From NCBI GenBank assembly GCA_964057225.1, contig OZ059900.1, forward strand, positions 14,198,001 through 14,262,000: 64,000 nucleotides of DNA. The letters run 5' to 3'. Source of the stretch: Auanema rhodensis (lineage: Eukaryota > Animalia > Nematoda). Positions 1 to 12,700 of this stretch are shown here, one piece after another. The stretch's first letter is position 1; each line of letters opens with the position of its first letter. The notes under the pieces were generated by a model, which searched no databases, had not been told where the DNA came from, and saw only the letters and a program-made list of their open reading frames with translations. Both the position numbers and the translations under genes were made by a program.

Positions 1-2574
1 AGTCGATTTCCCTCCTACTGATCCTTGACGACTAGTTGGCGTTGTTGAAGTGGTTGTTGCTTTTGTAGAACCATTGGTTTTAGCATTTTTTCCATCTCTA
101 TTCGCAGCATTTTCCGCCTTGAAACATGATTATAAGCTGAGAACATATTTTTCAATAAAACGAACTTTTGCATTTGTTCTTTCCCGATCCCAAAATTGTC
201 TTAAATGTCGTCTGAGAATTTTTCCACAAGTGCTACGTGGTATTTCCGGTATGAAGAATACTCCGCCGCGCAACTCTTTGAATGTTGCTATTTTACCTGA
301 TACATATTGTCTTACTTCAGCGGAAGCTAAGAGTGGATGTCCAGGGTTTTTGACAACAAAAGCAGCCGGAACCTTAATATCAACAAACAGCATATTGAAT
401 TACTCATCTTCCACGTACTTCTCCAGAAACATGATCTTGACGTCCAACTACAGCGCAGTCATCAATTCCTGGATGAGCGCGAAGAATTAGTTCTACTTCG
501 GACGGGCATACCTAAACCAAAAATAAATAAAAAATGTTGTCTTTTTCAGCCGTAACCAGTGTTCCTTTATATTTTATTATATCTTTAATTCGATCCATAA
601 TATATATTTTTCCTGATTCATCATAATAAGCAGCATCTCCTGTATAAATGAACATTTTTAGTTTTTATAAAAACCTTACCTGTCTTTACATAACCGTTTG
701 AATCTAATAGCTCTCCTGTGGCTTTCTGATTCTTAAAATATGTTGGCACGACCTGTGGTCCCATTATCAATAATTGTCCTGGCTTTCTCGGTTGACAAAT
801 AGTTTTATTTTCCCAGTTCACAATCTTATAAAGATTTGGAATTAATTTTGATTTCCTTTATTCTTACTTTGATTAGCATTCCAGGTAATGGATGACCAAC
901 ACTAGACAACGTTTCACTTTCATAAGGAGGTAATGTACTCAAACCTCCCAATTCAGTCATTCCATATGCTAAATAACAAATTTTGTTCAAGAAAAAAAGC
1001 GAAAGTTATACTTTGTCGTAAATCTTTTATTTGTAACCTTTCTTTTGCTTGATGCAATCTATTTGAATCAATCGGTGCTCCACCTACTAGTACGCTACGT
1101 AATTGAGGAACAGTAATATCTTTCATGCATGCTTCTGTGGAAAGCCAGTGAATCATGGATGGTGTTATATGAGCAACATTAATCTAAAAGTGAAATGTGT
1201 ATTAGTTCAAGAAACACTCAACTATATTACCTGCATATTCATTAGTGCGTCCATAAGAGTTTTTGGTTGTACTTTAGATAACATATACACAACAGCTCCA
1301 TTTACAAGAGCATAATATGCAGACATGGCTCCAAATATATGTGACAGAGCTAATGGTAATAAAAAACGTTCTTTTGGCTGAACAGGTCCGTAAAGTGGTA
1401 AGCTCATCTGCTGGATGTTGATAATCAACGATTTATGAGCTAATTCACATGCCTAAAGTATTGTGCATAACTGCCTTTATCCAAATATCTACTCACTTTA
1501 GGAAGTCCTGTTGTTCCACTTGTAAAAAAGATAAGCATTGGATTTACCGCCGTCATGGATTCAGAGATATTAGTCGTATCTTGTGAATCATTCTCAATGT
1601 CATCATTCTCCTTTTCCTGAAATTGCTCATTCACGCTCACAGATCATATTTATAAAAAAACAAACTATTTTCGCACCGTCATCTGAGTTTTGTGATATTT
1701 TTTCTTCGTTATCTACTGGAATTCTATAATTAAAATTTTTAGATTTGAAACAGTTTTTTCTTGAATTTTTAAAAAAACTACGAACGGTAATGCTGCCGAT
1801 GATTGTTCTTTTTTCATGACTGGCCTGAAAAGTAGCATTTTTAAAAAAAGTTAAATTTGTTCTTTACCGTTTGCGTTCTTCATTTGCAATTGATTCTGAA
1901 GTCAAAACATCGTCAATAACTCGAATATGTTTTATCCGGCCACCAGTTCTCATTTGAGCTTTTCTTCGTACATCATCAGCCTAAACTATTACCAATATTA
2001 CAAAATTACGGAACAAGTCTACCTTCTGCATAAATTGAGATTCAACTATCAAATGAGTAGCTTCACTCAAGTCTACTAGTTGCCAAATATCATCTACACC
2101 AAAAAATAGTTCACAGCTTTCAATTAAAGCTACTCACCTACTGAATTATAACCGTTAACAACAACTCCAGAACAACCAATTATAGCGCATGCAAGATGAA
2201 TAAATATTGACTGCCCTAAAGAAAAAAAAAGATTTTTTTGAAACTTTTGTTTCAAACCTGTTGTTCCTGTTATTACGGCAACTCGGCTATTAGTTGTAAC
2301 CTGAATTTAAATTTGCTAAGAAAATTATGAATGAGAACCTGTATTTCCTTGAGACGTGATACGCACATATCGCACCAGCCACGAATTTCGGAATACCGCC
2401 ACTGTTTTCCAGTATCGACATCTACCTTCAAATTTGAAAAAAGTACAATAAAATTCGTATTAATACCATAGCAAGATGACTTCCATGAGATGCTATTTTA
2501 TTAAAAAAATAATCAGTGAAGCTTTGATAGTTCACTTTATCCCAGTAAATCTGGAACGGATTTTGAATTTCCAT
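1..2574 (-). CDS. AMP-binding acyl-CoA synthetase, firefly luciferase/4-coumarate-CoA ligase-like (probable mec-18-like); multi-exon, 3' end beyond the left edge
   Basis: Manual splicing across about 14 short GT-AG introns gives the N-terminus [24 protein letters not shown] (ATG at 2574). Adenylate-forming enzyme motifs [37 protein letters not shown] and [11 protein letters not shown] are present. A C-terminal extension is still open at position 1. Confidence 0.9.
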
Positions 2575-2682
2575 TGTATATGTGCTTTGTGACTGGAGCG
2601 GAGAGAACTCGAAGACAGAGTAAATAACTGACTGAATGAAATGGTCAGAATAAGTACGCTGTATTCGCTCCTCCTTTGTTTA

Positions 2683-2690
2683 AAATGCAT
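2683..2690. promoter_or_regulatory. AAATGCAT, candidate UNC-86/MEC-3 (POU/LIM) touch-neuron element
   Basis: Lies about 110 bp upstream of the synthetase ATG. A related CAT-N5-AATTGCAT is on the minus strand near 2789-2804. Short motif in AT-rich DNA. Confidence 0.3.
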
Positions 2691-3413
2691 GCATGATATT
2701 AAGAGAGGACGACATGACAAGTAAAGTGTACAAAAGATGTGACAGGAAGTTGTTTGCATTAATAACTATAGCGTTTTAAGATGCTCAGCATGCAATTCTA
2801 AGATGATGTCTTCAGATTAATCATTTTCTTTTGTTGTACAAAGTTTTATGTCCTAGAAAATCGAAAAATAAAATTTTCGACAGAAGTTGAACTTCAATTC
2901 TTTTATGGAGTTTCTAAATTTTTACATTGATTCTAAAAAATTCAGGATTTGATGATATCGTTTGAAGAACTGGCTACCTTGTTTGCACAAATATGGATGG
3001 TCGCTAGTTGCACCTGTCGTTTAAAAAGAAGTAAATCGCTGTCACACTTGAGCTGCATTACTACTGATCCTTGGATTGACGAACAATTAATCGAGTGTAG
3101 TAAATTAGCTCTGTAAGCTAAATTTTTTTCAATAATTAGTTTTACTGTTCAGCGATCGTGAAATGACTGAACAACAATCTGAAATAGACAATTTCGCTGA
3201 CAGCATGGACAGTTTATTAAACGAAAAAGCAGAATTTTGAAAAACTGTCGTATGTTTTATTTGTTTGTATGTTGTATGAAAAGTGTTGTATGTTTCATTT
3301 GTTTAATATACATATATTAATTTTTAGAACAAACTTCTTTATATTTATTACAATGTTTTTGCAACGTTCAACGTATAGAATAACATAAAAAGTGAAGCTA
3401 TTTTGAGTGTTTA

Positions 3414-5821
3414 TTAAATATTTGTTTCTTTGTATACGAAACATGGAATTACGAAAGAATCACCTTGCCTTCTCGGTACCATTTTCCTATTTATAATGTT
3501 TCCACTGATTTTGACATAGCTGTGGCCATAAAGTGTAGGCCGGTCATAGCTTTTATTTTGCACTATATATCCATCACGTTCAGTGATATCGTCTGGCAAT
3601 ACCTAGATATGATACATGCTGGTGTCATAAAAATCATGGTGATTACAACGTTACCTTTATATTATTTTCTTTAACAAGTTTGGCTACATTGGGACTTAAC
3701 GGTTCATATAAAATATTTTTTTGTTGATATTGTAAGTCAGCTAATATATAATCAACACCTAATTCTCTTGCTTGTTTTGAATTGAGAACCGCACCACGTA
3801 CTAAAGAACAGAATAATAACTATTTTTCAATTTTAACCACCTTGTACTAATTTTCCACCAGCTGTTTTAATGACTTCGATGCCTGTATGTTTCAATATAT
3901 GTTCACCAACTTGTAGTCCTCTGAATTTATAAGAGCTTGAAATTAAAAAAAAACTATTACGTCATGACTGCTCCTTTGGCATCCTCCATTTTGCTGCCAA
4001 GGTAATGTATTTTCCGAATATATTCTGTGCCTGCCAAGTCGATACACATTGTCGCTCTAATTGAGATATAATAAAAATAATAATAATTCAAAAAAAAAAC
4101 TAACAAAGATAAACCAAAAATTATGTAAGCCATAGTGAAAAACATATAAACTTGCTCCGTTGGAACAATATCACCAAACCCTAATAAAAAAAATAAAAAA
4201 GTTATTTAAGAAAAACTCTTACCTACAGTAGCCATTGTAATAAAGCAAAAATAAAATGCTTCAAAATATTGCAAGTCTTCCCATTCCTGATTGTTTTAGA
4301 TTAAAATATCAAATGACTAAACTATTTTACTTTAAACAGAAAACCGCCAATAGCTGTGTATGCTAAAATTGCAAAAAGAACCATAAAAACAGGTATTCTT
4401 AATTCATCTTCCTCGGAATCCGAATCACTTGCCATATCATCTAGATTGATAGAACCAGCCTACATATCATGAAATTTGTATTACATTATATGAGAGTACT
4501 TTTGATGAGCCCAAATCACTGGCTTGGCTTGCCGAACGACCAGGATGAGTAGAAAATCGTTTAGAATGATTTCGGATTTTGGCACTTATCTAAAAATAAA
4601 AAATATATAAACTACAAAAAAATTATATATATTTATATATATATGTATAATTTTTCTGAATTTTATATTGTTATATTTTATTTTTATTTGAAAACAGTTA
4701 AAATGGAGTACAGCAGTAGTTTCATGAATTTTTGATAAGATCTCTCTTTGCATGTGATAATATATTATTGTTTAGTTGAATGTTCGCTATTTACTTTTTC
4801 ATGAATTTCTCAGATGAGCATAAAATTTTTGAAAGGCAGAAATTATTCATCAAAATGTGGAGACGAGCATTTTAAATACCTTGCGTTTGAAAGAGCGATA
4901 GAAACGATAGAGAAAGCTGAGGAATTCTGACAAGAATTTTCCTATATCCGCTATTGTTACCAAAAGTAAAGGAATTCCAAATAAAGCAAAAATAATACAA
5001 GCTACTCGCCCAGGCGTAGTGGTTGGAACTAGATTTCCATATCCTAAACATTTTAATTAGTCATTGCTGTTTATATGTTTTTCTTGTTTCAATTATAACA
5101 AACCTATAGTTGTAATAACTGTTGTCGCAAAAAAAATGCTGTTAGGAAAAGTCCATAATAATCCAGATCCTTTGGTTTTGTTTGTTAAATGAGCTTCATT
5201 TATAAATTGGTTCCTGTATGAAATGAAAATGTTTTTGACCAAATTCTCAAAATATTCCTGATTAATAGAATTGAAAGCCTCTTTGGAAATTCGATTATCT
5301 GAATCCTAAACAAAATGATAATGAAGCATTAAATCTGAAAATGCACTTGTGTAATATTCCAAATATGTTCTTGAAAATCATCACGCAGTCCAAATATAGT
5401 TCGCAATTCAATATCTCTTTGCTATAGCAATTACATTCAATCAATTAAAATGTTTAAAAACTTACTATTAACTCGTTAGGGCCTTCTATGGCGTGAAATA
5501 TAGTAGCGCCCATCATTAAATATGCAAATAACAATAACACGAGACCGACATGAGGTAAAATTCTTTTCGCATACTGATTATATCATTTTATGAATGTTTT
5601 TAAACTAATATTTTACCTTGATATATTTTCTTTCTCGTGTTTCAAGATCGGTCTCATCATCTGATATGGGTGGGCCAGAAGCTGTTAAATCCAATTCCAT
5701 TGGTATTTCATGTAAAGACGAACTTAGACTATCAGACCCCTGGCATAAGAATGAACTTTAAAACATGAAATGAATGCTTAAGGACTACCATATCAAAACT
5801 ATCATCAGTAGTCGTATACAT
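3414..5821 (-). CDS. TWK-family two-pore-domain (K2P) potassium channel, multi-exon (possibly twk-28-like)
   Basis: Spliced exons give TM1 (ILPHVGLVLLLFAYLMMGATIFHAIEG), pore 1 (WTFPNSIFFATTVITTIGYGNLVP), TM2 (FALFGIPLLLVTIADIGKFL), pore 2 (FYFCFITMATVGFGDIVP) and TM4 (YIIFGLSLATMCIDL). Stop at 3414. The start MYTTTDDSFDM at 5821 is tentative, and upstream exons are possible. Confidence 0.9.
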
Positions 5822-6703
5822 TTTCTTCGTATCAGTAATGAAAAATATTAGAAAAAAACTGGAATTTAGATTTAAATTAATATATATTGTGAGAATGTTT
5901 GTAAAATAACTAAAAAAAGCCAAAAAATGTAATAATAGAATGCAATATGTTAGTGCCTAGTGCTAATGATTATCCAACAACTGGCATCAAAATGTTCGAT
6001 ATATTTGACTGGTCTCAAGAGTTACACTTCTATTGGTTGCTGTTGGCCATCTCCTACAAATCTATTCTGACATTCAGCTGTCCGTGTAATAGGCACCTAG
6101 AATTTAATGTCAATGTTATAACTTAAAATTGTTGATTTTTGTCAATAGAAGATAGCCTTTGTGCTGACAATTCAGGATTCATAACATTTAGTTGAAAATT
6201 AAACTTTTTTTTGTTAAATTGTGTCTATATGTGTAATATCATATGCTGTCGGTAATCAAATTAAATAGAAAATGAATAAATGAGAAAAAAAAGGTGAAAA
6301 ACAAATAATTTTCTTTAGAACTTAAAATGATGAACATAGCCATCTAAACCAATTTATATAAAAACTTCAAATTACCAGAATTTATTATATTTATTGTGAA
6401 TTATAAGTCCAAACATTGATTGTTGGCTAATCTTTATTAGTTCTTACTATGTTTTTCAAACACATTGCACAAAACCCTTTAGTTCATATAATAAAAATAA
6501 TTTGTAGAATGTAATAATAGCAATTCAATCAGTTTCATTTTTGTCAAGAAAACAGTTTAGTATTATGTGGATAGATGATACATTGAGAAGGAAGTAATAA
6601 TTATAAACTATTTATTTCTTAATTTCACATTTTTTTCATATTGTTATAATATAAAAATACTTTTTTCTGAATGAAAAAAGAAATACTTTGTAAATTCTCA
6701 AGC

Positions 6704-9700
6704 TTACATTCCACAGAAGTTGACTCTTCTAAAAAAGAAAAATACATGAAAATAAGTTAGCATAATACTTACGAATTTGTTAATTGTTGAATGAAATTTA
6801 CTCCATAATTGTTAAGATCTCCATCATCCGGCGAATAATATAAGCAATTGCTCGACATTATGTTATCTAAGACTTGGTTTGATTCCTAAAAACTAGTCTT
6901 TTGCTTGGCAATGATGATCTGGCTATACCATATTAAGAGCTATTGTCGCAAATCCAAATGATCCACTTTTACGTAAAGAGTACAAGAGTTGTCCTGGGTC
7001 AGAGTCAGTTGGTCTGTAACATTAAAGTATATTATACGAGAACAAATTTGAAAAGCTACTGAGTGCCCGTGAGATATACTATCAGGTGGCGTACAGGTTT
7101 TGATCTATAGCCATAGTTAGGATCAGTAAAGTGATCGATGGCCATTTGGACGGCGCTTAAATTTTAAAAAGTTTTAAACGTCTGAACAATTACTCAGAGA
7201 ACTAACGCTGTTAAGTTTTGTCCTGGAACGTTTAAAAAGCTCAAACCATTTAGTTTCTGAACTAAATCGTCGTGAGTTTTTGTAGAATTTAAATCAAATC
7301 CTATATGAGGCTGATCAGCCAATGTCTCCACTCCAACCTAAAAAAAATATTAGTAAATGACTGAGCACTGTATTTATGCGTACTTGAGCGTATGTAGATG
7401 ATAATTTATAACGCTCAGTAACAATTCCTGCAAAAGAAATAAACGCATTGAACGTCTCTTGGTGTATCGCAGAAGAAGAATCAATCAAGAATAATAAGTC
7501 CACAGGATTGTTATTGAATGTTCTCACAGGAGGTGCTAAAGTTAAATATATTACGAGAAATTAATTTGAAATTCAACGTTTAGGTTTTGGAGCATCGTTC
7601 ACAGGTGATGTTCTGAAAATTCTTCGGAAGTTTTCTCCAGTCGAGTCGATACCATAAATGATTGTTTTCAAAAACTATAATAATATTTGTATGGGGAACA
7701 TCAAGTCCATCTTACCCGTGATTGGGCGACAAATGGTTTTACTCCATACCATTCAAAAGAACAACTTGATTCACGTCGTTTCAGAGATGTAGTATGTATA
7801 AGCCCCATCCATGGATCAACAAACTTGAAAAGAAGTTGCTTTCCAAAAAAATCTAATGTGATAAATTTTCAATACCTGTACATAAGTTAATGAACCGTTG
7901 ACTAAATTGTTAGCATGCACAACAATTGTGTTATTTTTCCCTAAAAAAATTTAGTATACTATGTAGAAGATCTAAAGGTTACAGAAAACAGGCATGGCAT
8001 AAGCATCATCACGGGTTGCTCCGTCATAGGCATCAGCTGTAGAATCAACGTATCCAGGGAAAATCTTTGAAAAATTTTAAATAAGAGTATTATATGCATT
8101 ATTACCTCAATTGTTGAGCGAGCCCTAATGTTAATCATACATGTGTTGTTTTGGCCCCCTGTAAGGGAAAAACGATATGTTCCAATAAGCGATGAATCGA
8201 CGTTGACCACTCCCAAATAATTAGTATCACTTGATGGAAGAATACTATTGGGGAGTGGAACAAGCTCTCCTTTTGGATCTGTTAATTGGATTACTGGAGC
8301 TGGATCAGTTTGGGGAATAACAAAATCAATTGTGAAATCTGTCATTCCATTTTCGACCTAAATCATATTTTATTAAAGCATAGAACGATAATACAATACT
8401 TGGAAAATAATTTCTTCCTCAGTGCATCGATTACTTTCGAAAAATTCAACTCCTGAAGAACTATAAATAGTAGGAAGGTACTTCATTAAAAAGTCAGATA
8501 TCTCGGTTACTGACATCTACAATACAGTATTTAATAAAGAGGAAAAACACTTGAACAGAAAAGGGGAAATTTAATTGTTTTACCGTGAAAATGTTTCCGT
8601 CAGAGTATTGCTCAGCAAAATACATCGCTTTAGCTCCCGGTGAGTCCCAACCTTCGCCACATGGAGAACTAATTGGCAACACAAAATTGATCTGTTTTAA
8701 TAAGTTATCATGCGTGGTAGTTTTTTACGTTACCTGTACTCTTGATTGCTGAAGAATAGTAGAAATTTCATCAACTAAAACACTATCTTCTGGAGAAGAT
8801 CTAGTAATAACAAGAACAACCGAGTCTGGGTTATTAAAGTCTGGATGAGTGAGAGTATTTTTCAATACTTCCATTATTGGCCTTGGACAATCTTAATAGA
8901 AATTGTGATACAGTTTATACATCAGGATTTACTTGGTGAGCAGTTGTTACCAGGACAACTCATTAAGGGAATGTCGTTCAATGCCTTAACTATGTCATCG
9001 GAATTTGTTGAGCTCACAATATTGTACCACTGGTCTTTATTACTTGCTGAAAAATCCAGTAATTATGTTCAATAAATGATTAAGCTAACCGGAATCAAAA
9101 GGATAAAAAATATAGTTGCTGAACCATCCAGCAGTCGTAGGGTCATTTTTTATGTTGTTTAACGCTTGTGTCAAATTATTTTGTAATTGCGAAATAGCAC
9201 CGCCCATATTAAATGATGTTTCTAGCAGAATTGCTAATGTTTTACCCGTATCTTTGAAGTTATACGGATAAGAAGGTTCACACATTGCTGAAAAATATGA
9301 AACGTGAAATTTTCAATATGAAATCGTACGTGTTTCGCAGAATTTTCCTGTATATCCTCCCGTGCATTGGCATGTCAAGGAATTCTCCAACAATACTCCA
9401 CCATTCTGACACACTGGCAGAATGCAACGAGCTCCAACGTAGTCTTGTGTACACACACAGAACCCATTGTAATAAAAACCTCCATTCATGCAAACAGAAG
9501 CTGAAAAAATAAACACATTTTTTTCATGTTCTTGCCGCATCGTACCAAATGTTTTGCATTCGAAATTGGAATATCTCTCAAAGGGATAGCCCAACTGATC
9601 AATTCCTGAGAATTTAATGAAAAATTGACTATTATCCTTGCAGGAAAACGATTCAGAAATCATTTCAAAGTTGCAGAATCTGAAGCAGAATTTGTATCAT

Positions 9701-12700
9701 TCATTTTTTGTTGGAAAAAGACCTGTTTGAAAGTTGTAAGGCGTTGGTTAAACTGTTATTGCTGCCAAAAATAGCATAATTAAGACGAGCTTCCATTGTA
9801 GGATTTACATCATATTGGAATGGAGGCAACATGTCAGCATGCGCAACCAGATAATTAGAACCTGAAAAATACTTGTTATCATTATCACAAAATAAACTAA
9901 ACTTGAATCGATGTTTGCTTCACTCTCTGGGAAATCATTGTGAGGATCTTGAACGAAGCCAAAGTTTATCTGTAGCCAAAAAAATAAAAATCATTTTGAT
10001 TTTAAAAAAACCATAATTTGAGATTGCGTTCTTATTTGAGCCATACATCCGTCCTTACCACCTTTAATATCAATTTGATATCTTCCACCAGGCAATGTAT
10101 CTGAAAAAGCATTGAATCATTATAAAATTATTATTTTTAAACTTACTATCTCCAGGAGCGTTTGGATTATACCTCAAGGTCTGACAGGCTTTAAGTTTTT
10201 TTAACGAACAATCAATATTTTTCCAGCAGTTATCGGAAGAAAGTGCAACGCAATCCGTATTTGGATCGTTTGTTGGGAAACCGGGGCACCAATTTGTGTA
10301 ATGATTCTAATAAATTCAATAAACAAGACTTCATAAATAAGTGAACACCTCGAGATTAGAAGCATGGTTTCCTTCAGGAATATCCCAAACCCAAGAATTA
10401 TTATGACGACGCAAACCTATCCAAATCTCCATATTTACAACCTGACCTACAAGTAAAAGTTAAGATGATTAGGGCTATGTGGCGTACTGTTCACATAGTC
10501 CTGTTTGCTCTGATCGTATATATCTATTAAAGAGCCCTGGTATAAATGACACTCCAGTGAGGCTTCGTTCCAGCTTTTGGGTCCTCCGTTAAACAAATAA
10601 CACATTTGTTCACGGTAATTCCATTGCTGAGGAATAGTAGGACATGCTTCAAAGCATTTTTGTGAATCAGAAAAAACATAATTGACTTACAAGGTAATAA
10701 AAGACGAGCATTTAAATTATTTTCATTTATCAATGAAACTTCCAAGCTCTGTTGTTCGCCATTAGGTGTAGTAACTACTACAGATGTCAAGTTGCTGCCA
10801 GTTACAGCTAAATTATACTTTATTTAATTTATTCTACTCAGTTATAAAATACTTACCAATACTTAGTGAATTAGCTAAATTATCGACAGCGAAAAATCCT
10901 GTATAGTTTGAGCAATCATTTTGTCCTACATATCCCACAACTTGTGATCGATACATTGTATTCATATAAAGCAAAAGCGATTGAATTTTCGAAGTATAGT
11001 AAATGAATCCGCCTGATTCTTCGGAGAATTCCCTTATATAAGAAGGAAACTGGCCATCACCAGACCCTGTGCACATATTTCCTGAGCCAACCAGATTTAT
11101 GGTAATCTTTTTGGATAATAGACTAGTAATTTTCAGGTTGACGTCAAAGTCATCAGGGCCGTCGGAATCGGCAAACACATATACGTGTGAATTCTTCTCG
11201 GATAATGAAAGTGCACTTCTTAATCCTGCTTCGATCTGAACAGAACAACCCTAAAATTATGTATCTTAATTTTGAAAAAAAATTCAGAGACAAACTGTTT
11301 CTTCCACAGTGTATGAACTGAAATTCGTAGACACTTTAACAATAGCGCTAATGAAATCGCTAGGATACTCGGAATTAACAAGAATATTTGAGGCTAAAAA
11401 AGTAAAATTTTGATTGATTTGAAAAAGAAATTACATTTGGCATTTACAATCACAACAATCCAGGATTTAATCCAGGTATTGGAAATATATTGATTATCTC
11501 TTACAAAATCGCTAACCCCATTTGCTAATTGTGTCCATACATCCTGAAATATAGAATCAGAGGCAAATAAAGAATATTTTCAAACTTTCATAGTGCTTCG
11601 AGTAGATACGACCCATGTCATTGATTGTTCCTCAAAATTGAGAGATGGAGATGGATTTTTCGTCGTGCATGCATCTAAAATATCGGTACAGTGTTTTTAT
11701 GTTAAATATTCATACAAAGTTCGCAGAATGTTCCTGAAGTTCCAGTAGGACAAATACAGTAACTTCCTGCAGGTGTTCCACCATTTTGACAAACTATTTG
11801 CTCGCAACTGTTTAAATAAAATTACTGAATGATAAGAGTTTCTTGCTTACTAGTTTCCATTAAAACCAACACGACAAAAACAGGTTTCATTCAATTTCAC
11901 ACCACCATTTTGGCAAGAGTCAGGAGGAGAAACTGTTGTTGGTACTATAATATAATAAGTTTTTATGTAAAGTTGAACTGAAAACTCTACTCAATGAGCA
12001 ATATCCAATTGTTGTTCTTTGTATTGTATATCCTTTATTATCATCTGCATACAGCTGTAAAAGTAATACTAGTTAAAATATATTTGTAATTTCTTACAGT
12101 AGCATAGAATTGTTGATCGGGGAATTCACAAAAGTCTGCTACTCCAAAATAAAGTTGATAACCACATCCGTCTCTCCAAATACCTGAAATGCTTGTTTCA
12201 TTCAACTTGCTATGAATAAAACAATAGTACCACTAGAATAATACATGGGTTTTTGATATTGGTTATCATTTTGGTTCAAATTAGTGGTAATTGTGAGTTC
12301 GGCAAATAATCTATAAGGATCGCTCGAAATACTCAGGCCATTCAAGTGAGCAACAAAATGTATATTTTTACCTGTAATTTGAACATTATATTAGAATATT
12401 AAAAATCACTTTACCAACAACAGGCTCTGAGTCAATAGCATCAATCGAATCATCTGTTGTGGTTGCAAAAAAGAATTCGAAGTCTGAACGACTCAAAACT
12501 CGAACAGAGCATGCAGAATCGCCTTCCTTAACAAATTTTTAAAATTATGTAAGAAAAATAGCTTTTTACATTGATTCCTGAAACATGCATCAAATATTCT
12601 CCTGGAATTACATCTGTTATTTCAAAAAAGTTGTCATAATTGTCTGAAAATATTGGGAGAGCTTTTGTTTGATTCCCTGATGGATCCACAACATCTAGAT

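Noticed and set aside
4590-4880. TA-rich longer intron in the TWK gene as a MITE
   Set aside because: No clear terminal inverted repeats or target-site duplication. It is low-complexity sequence only.
8461-8520. Apparent 6-nt microexon followed by an intron in the lectin gene
   Set aside because: The region reads through in frame (MSVTEISDFLMKYLPTIYSSSG) as one ordinary exon.
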